Positions 30,473-41,417 are shown, counted from the whole stretch's first letter. The stretch is DNA of 63,692 bases, filler included, from Acidimicrobiia bacterium (GCA_041577335.1; 4 parts of 4 records of this genome joined end to end with filler, not necessarily neighbours in it), one strand, 5' to 3'. Notes: generated by a model from the sequence alone, not told the origin. Numbers and translations: made by a program.

Positions 30473-31156
30473 CTACTCGGGAACCGGGCCTCGGTCTTCT
30501 TTTGCTTCGTCGTAGTAGTCGAGGCGGTCGACCGGCATCACCAGCGCCGTCAACAGGTTCATCAGGTGCGCTGTGGTGCGCTTCAGGAATCGGAAATACA
30601 AGGCGCGGGAGACCGCCTCGGCGGCGGAGCCGTCGTAGGTATATGCGGCGCGGACGTTCTTGTCGTGCTCGTCGAGGAAACCGTCAGCTTTGGCGATCAG
30701 CTGCTCGGCTCGCTCGGTATTCCGTTCCTCGAAGACATCGGCAACGTCGTCGATCAGCTGGCCGACGGCTTCCCGGTAGCGTTCCAAGTCGGCGCGGTCG
30801 GGCGCCTCAGAGAAATCACTGCCGTAGCGGACCAGGTCGTAGATGTTTTTGGCGTAGTCGCCAATTCGCTCGGCGTCCTTGACCACACTCATGTAGGTGA
30901 GCACCAACGGGAAGTCGATGCTATCGGTTACCGAGGCATGGACTATGAGTGCTCGACGCACTTCCTGCTCGGCCTGGTTGATCTGGCGATCCGTGCCGCG
31001 CACTTCGTTCTTCGTTGCCTTCGACTTGCCCGAGTCGAAGAGTGCCTCGGTGGCACTGTCGAATACCGTTCGACCGTCGCGCAGCATCGCTACCAGCGTG
31101 GCTTCGACAGACTCGATCGTCGACCGGCCCGGGCTGCGAAAGAATTCGAATACCAT
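30473..31156 (-). CDS. PhoU domain protein
   Basis: DRQINQAEQEVRR and KDAERIGDYAKNI, directly downstream of a Na/Pi symporter. Confidence 0.85.
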   Translation of the reverse strand: MVFEFFRSPGRSTIESVEATLVAMLRDGRTVFDSATEALFDSGKSKATKNEVRGTDRQINQAEQEVRRALIVHASVTDSIDFPLVLTYMSVVKDAERIGDYAKNIYDLVRYGSDFSEAPDRADLERYREAVGQLIDDVADVFEERNTERAEQLIAKADGFLDEHDKNVRAAYTYDGSAAEAVSRALYFRFLKRTTAHLMNLLTALVMPVDRLDYYDEAKEDRGPVPE

Positions 31157-31165
31157 CGCAATCTC

Positions 31166-32302
31166 CTATCTCAAAACAACAATACCGACGAGCGGTAACA
31201 CAATGAACAAGGCGACGACATACCCGAGAGCGACCGTCTTCCGTCGGACAGCTACGCCGGCCAGCCATTCAGCCATAGCTACGGGCACGTAGCGAATCCG
31301 CTTCCAGGGATAGAGCAGCGCAATAGCGCTGACATTGAATAGCGTATGCACCAACGCGATCGTGAGACCGCTCACGGCCCCAGCACCAAGAGCTGCCAGC
31401 AGGCCCGTCACCGTCGTCCCGACATTGGCGCCGAGTGTGATCGGGTAGGCGCTGCGAACCAGGAGCACGCCGGACGCCACGAGAGGGATGAGGATCGAAG
31501 TCGTAATGCTCGACGACTGAACCGAGACCGTCACGATGACGCCCACCACCATGCCGATCATTCCTGAACGCTCCAGCACCGCGTTGATCGAACGCTCGAT
31601 GCGAGTGGCTACCAGCATCCTCATGTTCCGCGTGATAAGCGCCAGCGTCGCGAAGATCAACCCGATGCCTATCACGATGGCGATCACGGCAGCTAGCGTC
31701 GGGTTGGTGATAACGGTGTCGACGCCGTCGGTGACCTGTCCCGAAAGCCACTTCACCGCCGATTTGATGGGGCTGTCGAACTCGCCACCGAGCACCTCAC
31801 CTCCCGAGATGAGCTCGGCAAGCCACTGAGCCGCGCTCGAGAGCCAGCCGGTGAGAAGCTCAATGGGAAACAGAAGCACCACTGCCATCAGATTGAAAAA
31901 GTCGTGCATCGTGGCTCCGACGAACGCCTTGCGAAACTCGTCAGAATTGCGGACATGGGCGAGCGCCACGATGGTGTTGGTGATCGTGGTGCCGATGTTG
32001 GCGCCCATGATCATCGGAACCGCCGCCTCCACGGAGAGAACACCGCTAGCCACCAGACCGACGATGGTGGCGGTTGTCACCGACGACGACTGAACCAGCA
32101 CCGTCGCCAGCACGCCGACGAACAAGCCGGCCAATGGGTTTGAAACGCTCTCGAAGAGCGCATCCGTGTAGTCGGCGCCGAGTCCCTTGATGCCCGACTC
32201 CAGCAGCTTCACCCCGCCGAGGAATAGATAAAGGAAGACAATGACGAGGAGAGCGCGCAAGGGCGAGTTCAGCCTGGAGGCAGGAGTCGGGGCAGCCGTC
32301 AC
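31166..32302 (-). CDS. Na/Pi cotransporter (NptA/SLC34-like)
   Basis: Two QSSS repeats (VQSSSVTT, VQSSSITT) with GANIGTT and GANVGTT. Confidence 0.92.
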   Translation of the reverse strand: MTAAPTPASRLNSPLRALLVIVFLYLFLGGVKLLESGIKGLGADYTDALFESVSNPLAGLFVGVLATVLVQSSSVTTATIVGLVASGVLSVEAAVPMIMGANIGTTITNTIVALAHVRNSDEFRKAFVGATMHDFFNLMAVVLLFPIELLTGWLSSAAQWLAELISGGEVLGGEFDSPIKSAVKWLSGQVTDGVDTVITNPTLAAVIAIVIGIGLIFATLALITRNMRMLVATRIERSINAVLERSGMIGMVVGVIVTVSVQSSSITTSILIPLVASGVLLVRSAYPITLGANVGTTVTGLLAALGAGAVSGLTIALVHTLFNVSAIALLYPWKRIRYVPVAMAEWLAGVAVRRKTVALGYVVALFIVLPLVGIVVLR

Positions 32303-32462
32303 AACGGTGGTTCTACCCGCCTCCGGATACGATTACAAACCGCAGACGAAATGCGGTAGTTGTGGATTCACCACCGAGGGTTTTCGCTACCAGGATTCCG
32401 GGAGTCGCTGTTGGCTCGGCGCTGATGACTAGCTTGGCAGCATTCCTGTAGAGAGGAGTCGT

Positions 32463-32990
32463 ATGTCCGACCTGACCACGTTGTACGAACGCAACGCCGA
32501 GTTCGCCGAAGCCTTCGATCAGGGCGACCTTGGCATCAAGCCCAACATCATGACCATCGTGCTGACCTGCGTGGATGCCCGCATGAACCCGGCAGCTTTC
32601 CTTGGCCTGGGCCTCGGAGACGCTCTCATCATCCGCAACGTCGGCGGTCGGGTGACCGATGCCTCCGCCCGCGAGGTATCGATCCTGTTCGAGCTGATGA
32701 AGCTTGGCGCGGGTGGCGTTGCCCCAACGATGGGGCTCGCCGTGATCCAACACACCGACTGTGGCATGGCCAAGTTCGCAGTGCCACACATCGCCGAGGC
32801 CATCACCGAGGTCTTCGGCACCACGGACGTGGTCGACACGTACGCTATTCACGACCTGCGCGACAGCGTGACCAACGACGTGACCAAGGCGCTAGGCGCG
32901 GTCCCAGCAGGCGTGACCGTGTCGGGCCACGTCTATGACGTCACCACCGGACGGCTCGAAGAGATCGTCGCGCCGGCAGGCGCCGGCTAG
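32463..32990 (+). CDS. beta-class carbonic anhydrase
   Basis: Zn ligands CVDAR and HTDC, plus RNVGGRV and YDVTTG. Confidence 0.88.
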   Translation: MSDLTTLYERNAEFAEAFDQGDLGIKPNIMTIVLTCVDARMNPAAFLGLGLGDALIIRNVGGRVTDASAREVSILFELMKLGAGGVAPTMGLAVIQHTDCGMAKFAVPHIAEAITEVFGTTDVVDTYAIHDLRDSVTNDVTKALGAVPAGVTVSGHVYDVTTGRLEEIVAPAGAG

Positions 32991-33093
32991 CCAGGCCAGG
33001 GTGTCGGCCCGAGTGCCAACTCCAACAAGCATCTGTCGCAAAGGCCTGTGTGAGTTGGGGAGCGCCGGGACGCCAGGTCCCTGAACTTTTCAG

Positions 33094-33151
33094 TTGACGT
33101 CGCAATCTGTTTCCGATATGTTCCTGGGAGCGCTCCCAGAGAGCGCTCCCA
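33094..33151 (+). promoter_or_regulatory. promoter with tandem CelR/CebR-type operators
   Basis: TTGACG (33094)-N17-TATGTT (33117). Perfect TGGGAGCGCTCCCA at 33125-33138 and AGAGAGCGCTCCCA at 33138-33151. Confidence 0.85.
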
Positions 33152-33158
33152 GGAGGCG

Positions 33159-34211
33159 GTGGGATTGAACCTGACACTCGAAGACATCGGGCGCTTGGCA
33201 GGCGTCTCGCGGTCCACGGTTTCACGGGTGATCAACGACCAAGGCAGCGTGAGCGAAGACGTTCGAGTGCGCGTCCGAGAAGTGATTCGTAGCACTGGCT
33301 TCTCGCCCAACGCCGCGGCCCGCTCGTTGGTGTCGAACAAATCCGGAGTCATCGGCCTCGTAATCCCAAGCCGCGTCCGCGATCTCTTCGAAGACCCTTA
33401 CTTTGCCAAAGTGATCCAGGGCGTCAGCGCCGCAAGCAACAATGCCGGTACGACCCTTTCGCTCTTCTTGTTCCAGACCGAGGCGGAAGAGGAACATCTC
33501 TATCCGCGTGTCGTGACATCAGGCCTCGTGGACGGCGTCATCTTGACTGCGACCCGCATGGGAGACCCCCTCCTCAGCCGGCTCGCCAGCGGCAGCCTTC
33601 CCTTCGTGCTCATCGGCCGGCCCGAAACAGATGGCCTGAACTATGTCGACGTCGACAACTACGACGGAGCCCGCCAGGCCGCGACTCACCTCTGCGAGCT
33701 TGGCCGGCGGCGAATTGGCCTCCTCGGCGCTCCCACCTCGACCACGGCAGGCCTGGACCGACTCAGTGGTTTTGTCGACGGACTCGCCACTTGCGGCGTC
33801 ACCCTCGACCCGGTTCTCCGCGCCGACGGTGACTTCTCAGAAGAGAGCGGTTATACGGCGATGCAACGCCTCATACCCCACCTGCCGGATGCGGTTTTCG
33901 CAGGTTCCGACACCATGGCGATGGGTGCCCTTCGCGCACTCCGGGAATCCGGCCTGAAGGTCCCTCACGACGTTGCTCTCGTCGGGTTCGACGGCAGCAC
34001 CGCAGCCGAGACCTCTATACCTCCGCTGACCACCATTCGTCAGCCTGTTGATGCCACCGCCCGGAGGGCCGTGGAGATTCTGAACAGCCTCATCACTGGC
34101 GACGTCTCCGGACCGATCTCAGAAACCTTGTCGGTGGAGCTCGTCGTGCGGGAATCATGCGGAGCCCCCGAGCCGCATCATGCCGAAGGGGGGTTGACCG
34201 GCGCCCGATAG
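33159..34211 (+). CDS. LacI-family regulator (CelR/CebR-like)
   Basis: HTH TLEDIGRLAGVSRSTVSRVIN, FEDPYF, PLTTIRQP, LVVRESCG. Confidence 0.93.
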   Translation: MGLNLTLEDIGRLAGVSRSTVSRVINDQGSVSEDVRVRVREVIRSTGFSPNAAARSLVSNKSGVIGLVIPSRVRDLFEDPYFAKVIQGVSAASNNAGTTLSLFLFQTEAEEEHLYPRVVTSGLVDGVILTATRMGDPLLSRLASGSLPFVLIGRPETDGLNYVDVDNYDGARQAATHLCELGRRRIGLLGAPTSTTAGLDRLSGFVDGLATCGVTLDPVLRADGDFSEESGYTAMQRLIPHLPDAVFAGSDTMAMGALRALRESGLKVPHDVALVGFDGSTAAETSIPPLTTIRQPVDATARRAVEILNSLITGDVSGPISETLSVELVVRESCGAPEPHHAEGGLTGAR

Positions 34212-34329
34212 TGGAGATTGTGACGGCCTCGCGGCTGACCGCATGGCAAGCAAAACACGGTGTTGGCGGGAGGGCTCTCGCCGCACACCGAACCAAACAG
34301 TAGCGAAAAGAACGGGTGGCGAAGCTCAT

Positions 34330-34343
34330 TAGGAGCGCTCCCA
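34330..34343 (+). promoter_or_regulatory. CelR/CebR-type operator upstream of the ABC operon
   Basis: TAGGAGCGCTCCCA, one mismatch to the 14-bp palindrome. Confidence 0.8.
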
Positions 34344-34371
34344 TCGATTCACGAGGAGGAAATAGCAGACA

Positions 34372-35820
34372 ATGAAAAGCATGAAATGGATAGCCGTACT
34401 GGCAGCACTGATGATGGTGCTCGCCGCGTGCGGCTCCGGCACAGAGGAGACCACGACCACCGTGGCTGCCGCGCCGGAAGAAACGACTGCTGCGACGGAA
34501 GCGCCGGCAGCGACCGAAGCCCCGCCGGAGACCACGGCGCCCGAAGCATCGGGCGACGCAGTTGAGATTCGCTGGTTCGTCGGCCTCGGCACGGGTGGAA
34601 ACCCGGAGCAGATCGAGGCGCAAGAGGCAGTTGTCGAGGCGTTCAACGCGCAAAGCGACGACATCGAGCTCGTCCTCGAGATCGTGCAGAACGATGTGGC
34701 GTATGACACGCTGAGCACGCAGATTGCCTCGGGCAATGCTCCCGACATCATCGGGCCGGTCGGCATTCGGGGAGCTAATGCCTTCAACGGCCGTTGGCTC
34801 GACCTGCAACCGCTGGTCGACTCTTCTGGATTCGACCTGGGCAAATGGACCCAAGAGCAAGTCGACGTGTGGCGGACCGACGAAGGCCTCGTGGGACTCC
34901 CATTCGGCGTCTTCCCGTCGGTGATCTTCTACAACAAGGACCTGTTCGACGAGGCTGGGTTGCCCTACCCGCCCCAGGAGTTCGGAGCTGACTACGACGG
35001 TCAACCGTGGGACATGGACACAATCCGCGATATCGGCAAGTTCCTCACCGTTGACGCCAATGGCAACGACGCCACCAGTCCCGATTTCGACCCCGACAAC
35101 ATCATCCAGTTCGGCTACGTCGACCAATGGTCGGAACCGCAGCGGTTCGCCACCATGTTTGCGGCCGGAGCGATGACCAATCCCGACGGCACGCCCAACA
35201 TTCCCGACGAATGGCGCGAGGCATTCAAGTGGTTCTACGACGGAGTGTGGGAAGACAACTTCATCCCCAACGCCGAGTACGAAGGCAGCGAACTCCTCGC
35301 CGCCGGGAATCCCTTCGACTCGGGCAACGTGGCAATGGCCCACACTCACCTGTGGTACACGTGCTGCCTGGCCGGTGTAGAAGACAACTGGGACATCGCC
35401 GTGGTGCCGGAGTACAACGGCAACCAGATTGCCGCGCTGCACGCCGACGTGTTCCGACTCCTCAACACCACCGAGCATCCCGAAGAGGCGTTCGAGGTTC
35501 TGACGTACCTCATCGAGGACGCTGCGCCCGAACTGCTGGCGGCGTACGGCGCCATGCCCGCACTCGACTCGGCACAAGACGAGTTCTTTGCAGGGCTAGA
35601 CGAGACGTATCCACAGCAGGTCAACTGGCAAGTGGCCAAGGACAGTCTGGGCTACCCAGACATCCCGAGCCATGAGCAGGACATGCCCAACTTCCTGAAG
35701 TCCCAGGATCGCTGGGGTGCCTTCTGGAGCAGCCTGTTGTCGACGCCGGGCCTCGACGTCGACGCCGAAATCGACGCCTTGCTCGCCGACCTGGAGACGA
35801 TCTACGCCGAGTCGAGCTAA
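34372..35820 (+). CDS. carbohydrate ABC substrate-binding lipoprotein
   Basis: Lipobox LAAC, Thr/Ala/Glu linker, PDIIGP, IFYNKDLFDEAGLPYP, GAGGAGG RBS. Confidence 0.9.
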   Translation: MKSMKWIAVLAALMMVLAACGSGTEETTTTVAAAPEETTAATEAPAATEAPPETTAPEASGDAVEIRWFVGLGTGGNPEQIEAQEAVVEAFNAQSDDIELVLEIVQNDVAYDTLSTQIASGNAPDIIGPVGIRGANAFNGRWLDLQPLVDSSGFDLGKWTQEQVDVWRTDEGLVGLPFGVFPSVIFYNKDLFDEAGLPYPPQEFGADYDGQPWDMDTIRDIGKFLTVDANGNDATSPDFDPDNIIQFGYVDQWSEPQRFATMFAAGAMTNPDGTPNIPDEWREAFKWFYDGVWEDNFIPNAEYEGSELLAAGNPFDSGNVAMAHTHLWYTCCLAGVEDNWDIAVVPEYNGNQIAALHADVFRLLNTTEHPEEAFEVLTYLIEDAAPELLAAYGAMPALDSAQDEFFAGLDETYPQQVNWQVAKDSLGYPDIPSHEQDMPNFLKSQDRWGAFWSSLLSTPGLDVDAEIDALLADLETIYAESS

Positions 35821-35829
35821 CCGACCCAC

Positions 35830-35865
35830 GAGGTGGGGGTCCGCCAATCCGGCGGACCCCACCTC
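35830..35865 (+). terminator. intercistronic stem-loop after the binding-protein gene
   Basis: GAGGTGGGGGTCCGCC-AATCC-GGCGGACCCCACCTC (one bulge). Confidence 0.65.
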
Positions 35866-35897
35866 ACTACCCCTAGACCGCAGAAAGAGGAGACAAC

Positions 35898-36857
35898 GTG
35901 ACAACCGAGGCCACAACCGCACCCGCCCGCCCCGTCGAGGACGAGGCCACCGGGCCCGGTGCGAATGAGAAGTTCCAGCGCAAATGGGGGCTCCTCTTCA
36001 TCTCTCCGTGGCTCCTCGGATTCGTGCTGTTCTTCTTACTCCCAATGCTGGCGTCGCTCGTATTCTCGTTCATGAAGTTCGATCTGATTCGTCCGGAAGA
36101 CGCCGAGTTCGTCGGCCTCGCCAACTACCAACGGTGGTTTACCGATCCGCTCGTTGGTGAGTCGCTGCTTGTGACCGTCAAGTTCGCGGCGATCATGATC
36201 CCCTTCTCTTTGGCGTTGCCGCTCATCTTCGCTTGGTTGCTCACCTCTAAGGGCCTCTGGGGAAAGCCGCTGTTCCGCACGTTGTTCTTCATGCCGGCCA
36301 TCGTGCCTTTTGTATCGGTGGTGTTCATCTGGAACGGATTCCTCAACACTCAAACCGGGTGGCTCAACCAGTTTCTCGAGTCAGTCGGAATACCGGGTCC
36401 CGATTGGCTCAACTCGACCTTTTGGATCTACCCCGCCCTCGCCCTGATCGGCGCATGGGGTGTTGGCAACGCCATGTTGCTCTTCATCGCCGGCATCCAG
36501 GGCATACCCACAGACCTCTACGAGTCCGCCGAAGTGGACGGCGCCAACACCTGGCACAAGTTCAAGTCCATCACGGTGCCGATGATCTCGCCCATTCTGT
36601 TCTACAACCTCGTGCTGGCGATCATCTTCTTGTTCCAATACTTCCTGGTGCCGTTCGTCCTCAAGAACGGAACCGGCGACCCTGCCAACTCGACCCTCTT
36701 CTACAGCCTCTATTTCTTCAAGACCGCCTTCACGTTCAACGACATGGGCTACGGCGCCACGCTGGCGTGGATGTTGTTCATCATCATCATGATCATCACC
36801 CTCGGGATCTTCGGCACTGCCAGGTACTGGGTGTACTACGAGTTTGGAGAGGACTGA
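35898..36857 (+). CDS. carbohydrate ABC permease (MalF type)
   Basis: FVGLANY and EAA loop LYESAEVDGANTWHKFKSITVPMISP. Confidence 0.92.
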   Translation: MTTEATTAPARPVEDEATGPGANEKFQRKWGLLFISPWLLGFVLFFLLPMLASLVFSFMKFDLIRPEDAEFVGLANYQRWFTDPLVGESLLVTVKFAAIMIPFSLALPLIFAWLLTSKGLWGKPLFRTLFFMPAIVPFVSVVFIWNGFLNTQTGWLNQFLESVGIPGPDWLNSTFWIYPALALIGAWGVGNAMLLFIAGIQGIPTDLYESAEVDGANTWHKFKSITVPMISPILFYNLVLAIIFLFQYFLVPFVLKNGTGDPANSTLFYSLYFFKTAFTFNDMGYGATLAWMLFIIIMIITLGIFGTARYWVYYEFGED

Positions 36858-36860
36858 GCC

Positions 36861-37949
36861 ATGGCAGCCCCTACCCTCAAAGAGCTCAGAAACGCGACCG
36901 AGCCTCTCCCGACCAAGTCGACTCCCCAAATGCGCCGGTTCCTGGCCGGATCGATCGTGACTTTGTTCGCTTCGCTGTTGCTAATCGGCTACCTCTCGCC
37001 GCTTGGCTTCATGGCGGTGACGTCGCTCAAAGATATCGAGATGATTTCCGACCCATCGGCGCCGATCCTTCCCTCTCTCCCCGAGACCTTCGTTTACGAA
37101 GGCGAAGAAGTACCGGTGCTCCAGGTGCCCATCGACGGTGAAGTGCGCGGTTTGGCTCTCATCGAGCCAGGACGGCAGTCGAGCGTGTTCATCGATCCGG
37201 CCAACATCGAGGCCGGCCCCATCGAGTGGGAGGGCCAATGGCGCCAGCTCGACGCCAACTACACCACCGCCCCGATATGGGAGAATTACTCGACGGCCTG
37301 GGACACCCTCGACCTGACCCGCATTCTGTTCAACACCTTCGCCATCGCGGCCATCGGCGTCGTGGGAACGCTGGCTTCGTCGGTATGTGTCGCCTACGGG
37401 TTCTCGCGATTCCGGTTCCCCTTCAAGAGGACCCTCTTCATCATCCTGATCTCGACGATCGTGCTGCCGCGGTACGTGACGCTGGTGCCCACCTTCGCGT
37501 TCTTCTCGTACATCGGCTGGGTAGGAACGTGGCTGCCGCTCCTGGTGCCCCACTTCTTCGCCAATGCCTACAACATCTTCTTGTTGCGCCAGTACTTCCT
37601 GACGGTGCCGCGTGCGCTCGACGAAGCGGCCATGATCGACAGCGCCGGGCCGTTGCGGACGCTCTGGTCGGTGATCCTTCCCAATGCCAAGCCGGCCATC
37701 GTGGCTGTGTCGCTGTTCCACTTCTTCTTTGCGTGGAACGACTTCTTCGAGCCACTCATCTACCTGGCAGCCGAACCGAGCCTCCAGCCGATCTCGGTCG
37801 CCATGCAGCAGTTCAACGCTTTGTACGCCCAACAGCCACATCTCATCCAGGCGACGGCGCTACTTGGCATGATCGTGCCGGTGCTGCTTTTCTTCGCGGC
37901 ACAGAAAGTCTTCTTGCAAGGAACGAGCTTGGCGGGAGTCAGCAAGTGA
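36861..37949 (+). CDS. carbohydrate ABC permease (MalG type)
   Basis: AYGFSRFRF, FLLRQYF, LDEAAMIDSAG, WNDFFEPLIY. Confidence 0.92.
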   Translation: MAAPTLKELRNATEPLPTKSTPQMRRFLAGSIVTLFASLLLIGYLSPLGFMAVTSLKDIEMISDPSAPILPSLPETFVYEGEEVPVLQVPIDGEVRGLALIEPGRQSSVFIDPANIEAGPIEWEGQWRQLDANYTTAPIWENYSTAWDTLDLTRILFNTFAIAAIGVVGTLASSVCVAYGFSRFRFPFKRTLFIILISTIVLPRYVTLVPTFAFFSYIGWVGTWLPLLVPHFFANAYNIFLLRQYFLTVPRALDEAAMIDSAGPLRTLWSVILPNAKPAIVAVSLFHFFFAWNDFFEPLIYLAAEPSLQPISVAMQQFNALYAQQPHLIQATALLGMIVPVLLFFAAQKVFLQGTSLAGVSK

Positions 37950-37992
37950 ACGGATCGATACCGGCGGAATCGCCGGAAGGACGGGAGTGGGA

Positions 37993-40900
37993 ATGATCAA
38001 AACGAGGTCGACAAAACAACGGCGGGGCCTCCTGGCAGCACTTGCTTTGCTCATGGCGGTGTCGGTTCTGGTGGCGGCGGGTCCGGCCTCACTGGCGGTG
38101 CCGCCTGCGCCGGGCGACGTCTTCGACGACTTCGAGGACGGTGACGCCGGCGACTGGATCTTCTTCGGCGGCAACAACGCCGGCGGCGGTGGCGGCGCTT
38201 TGGCTGACCGACCCAAAGAGGGTGGGTTCTACCTCAGCACCGGCTGGGGCGGCGACGGTACCGCCAGCGGCTTCTACGGTGGCACCTTCAAGAACCTCGA
38301 CAACGCTGCCCAGCTGACACTTCCTGCAGACCCCTGGTTCAACATGTGGGTGCTCAACCAGAGCGACGCCACCGTCGACAGTTATAACCTCGAACTGACG
38401 CTGCGCGAGGACACCAACGGCGACGGCTGGACCAGCGGTTCGGAAGACTCGATCGGGCTCGACACGACCTTCGCCAGCGCCCAGTTCGACGACCAGTGGA
38501 CGATCATCAGCGCACCGTTGTCCGACTTCTTCGACCGCGGCACCGGCGGCAACGGCGTGTTCGACGGCAACGTCGACGAGATGGTCATCGTGCTCGGCGG
38601 AGTCCAGGGCGCACCCGGCTCAGTCATCGAGGTCGACTTCGACCACATCACCTTCACCTCCGGCGCGCCTGCTGTGCTCGACGAGACCGTATTCGACGAC
38701 ATGGAGCACGGCGACCCATTCGGCAACGGCTGGTTTTCGTTCAATGGCTCCGTCGGCGGCGGCGGCATAAGCGCCAACAGCGCCGACCTGCCGCCCGCCA
38801 ACGGAGGTGCATTCTCCCTCGAGAGCGGCTGGGGGTCGGGCGGCACGCCCGGCTTCTACGGCGGCTTCGGGCGCACCAACCCGTCCGACCTTTCGGGCAC
38901 GGAGTACTTCAACTTCTGGATCAACCCCGACGGCGGCCAGGACTACACCCTGGAGATCAACCTTCAGGACGACGACAACGGAGATGGCGCCGCCGTCGGG
39001 CCGCAGGGCCCCGGTGGCGATGACGACGAGTTCCAGTACAACTGCGTGGTCGGCCCGGCCGGACCGTGCGCAGTCGCCGGCGGCGGTTGGCAACTCGTGT
39101 CGATCCCCCTTGCCGACTTCTTCGACGACAACTCGTTCTTCGATGGCGGCAACGGCGTGCTCGACCCAACTCCCGCATCTCGCGGCGGCAACGGCGAACT
39201 CGTCAACGTGGTCATCGCCGTCATCGGCAACGGATCGGACGTCAACTTCCGCACCGACTACTGGGCGTTCAGCTTGTTCCCGATCGTCCCGGATGCGAGC
39301 ACGGTCATCGACGACTTCGAGAGCGGCCTGCCGTTCGGATCTGCAATCCCCGACGGAGAGCTGATCGGCTTCTTCACGTTCCAGGGTGACGGCAGCGTGG
39401 GCATCTCCACGGTTGCCACACCCCCGGCACCGGTGCTTCCCGCCGTCGGAACGCCGAACAACGTATTGCAAATGGACGTCGACGTGGCGTCGTTTGCCGG
39501 CTATATCCACGCTTTCGAGAACCCAGCGGTGGACACCTGGGTCACCCAGGACTGGTCGACCAGCGAGGGTATCTCGTTCTGGATGTCCGGCACGAACAGC
39601 GGAACACAGATGTTCATCGACATCCTCGACAACCGGAATCCCGGTTCGACGACCGACGACGCCGAGCGCTTCACCGTGCCGTTCGTCGACGACTTCGACG
39701 GCTGGCAGCTGCTCGAGTTCCCGTTCGCCTCGTTCGTCCGCAAGGAGATCGGCAACGGCGCCCCCAACGACGGCCTCGGCCTGTTCGAGATGCACGGCTA
39801 CGCCATCGGCACGCTCGGCACGGGCGGCCCCCGCACGTTCTACTTCGACGAGGTCGCCGTGTACGGCATCGCCGAGCCCCCCGCTCTGGCGGTCAACTTC
39901 TCGATGCAGAACACCTTCATCGAGGAGGGGACCACCGGTGACGTCGGCGTCAAGCTCAACCGCCCCATGGGTCCCGACGATCCGGCTCAGGTCAGCATCG
40001 ACTTCGCCACCGAACGCTCGAATGCCGTTCCCGGCGAGGACTTCACGCCGACCAGCGGCACTCTGACGTTCGTCAACGGGGGCCCGACCGAGCAGTTCTT
40101 CCCGGTCGAGACGTTCGACGACACCAAGTTCACCGGAGACCTGCAGGTTGTCATCCGGCTGACCAACCCGGTCGACGTCGAACGCGGCGCCCTGTTCCAG
40201 GGGTCGGTGCTGATCGACGACAACGATCCCTTCGACCCCAAGCTGCTCGCCGACTTCGAGCAGGGCCCGTACCTGCTGGACACCGCTGGGCCGGTCGAAC
40301 TGGAGGCGGTGCGCACCGAGAGCTCTGCCGCCGACGCCCGCCCGGGCCAGGACGCAGTGGAGAATATCGGTGAGGCGATCGTCCCACGCAGCGTCGACAT
40401 CGTGGTGAATGGCAATGTCTGCACAAAGGGCAACGGCGTGGTGCCGGTCCACCTGCTGAGCACCCCTGACTTCGACGCCACCACGGTGGACTACAGCACT
40501 GTGACCTTTGGCGACGCCGTCGAAACGCACGGCAAGGGTCACGTCGAAGACGTCAACAACGACGGTCTCGACGACCTCGTATTCCATTTCCGTGGCAAGG
40601 ACATCGGCGTCCCCTGCGGCGACCCGGTGCCGTTCAACGGCGCTACCTTCGACGGCCAGCCGATCACGGCCGGAGGCTCCGACGCGGCCATCGTCCACGA
40701 CTTCCCGCTTGGGCAGGACTGGACCGGAACCGAGAGCCTCGACTTCTGGTACTACGGCGCCGGAGGCGGCGAGGAGATCACCGTCACGCTCAAGGACAAC
40801 CGAGCCCCCGACCCGGGCCCGGCTGGGTGGACCCTGGCGTGGGCCGACGAGTTCGACGATCCGGCCGGCACCCCGCCGAACCAGGAGAACTGGGCCTACG

Positions 40901-41317
40901 AGATCGGCGACACCACCCCCGACGGCAAGAACGGCTGGGGTAACGAGGAGCTGCAGTACTACACGGACGATCCCGACAACGCAGCCACCGACGGCAACGG
41001 CAATCTGGTGATCACCCTCGACGAGGCGGACGGCACGCAGGAGTGCTACTACGGCCCGTGCGAGTTCGAATCGGCCCGACTGCTCACCCAGAACAAGGCC
41101 GAGTTCGCCTACGGGAAGATCGAGTCGAGGCTGCAGGTCCCCACCGGTGGCGACGGCCTGTGGCCGGCGTTTTGGAGCCTTGGCACCGACATCACCTACA
41201 ACCCGTGGCCGGGCGCCGGCGAGATCGACTTCATGGAGGACGTGAGCCGCCTCCCGGAGGAGATCTTCGGCACGATCCACGGCCCCGGCTCCAGCGGCGG
41301 GGCAAGCTTCAACGGCA
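37993..41317 (+). CDS. secreted multimodular GH16 beta-glucanase (CBM11-like repeats, Calx-beta, GH16), 3' truncated
   Basis: Signal peptide, repeated DDFE..DW/DL..FW modules, Calx-beta DFTPTSGTLTF, GH16 WADEFD, WGNEELQYY, WPAFWSLG, catalytic GEIDFME. Confidence 0.88.
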
Positions 41318-41417
41318 NNNNNNNNNNNNNNNNNNNNNNNNNNNNNNNNNNNNNNNNNNNNTTAATTAATTAANNNNNNNNNNNNNNNNNNNNNNNNNNN
41401 NNNNNNNNNNNNNNNNN
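41318..41417. other. artificial contig linker
   Basis: N run + TTAATTAATTAA + N run. Confidence 0.98.

Noticed and set aside
32302..32463. Riboswitch or Pho box upstream of the Na/Pi transporter or carbonic anhydrase
   Set aside because: Only one short hairpin (ACCGCA/TGCGGT) and no recognisable consensus.
38620..41280. 886-aa antisense ORF, and similar shadows such as 41541-43313 and 34093-35577
   Set aside because: They mirror well-supported genes on the other strand, as expected from high GC3 codon bias, and show no recognisable motifs.
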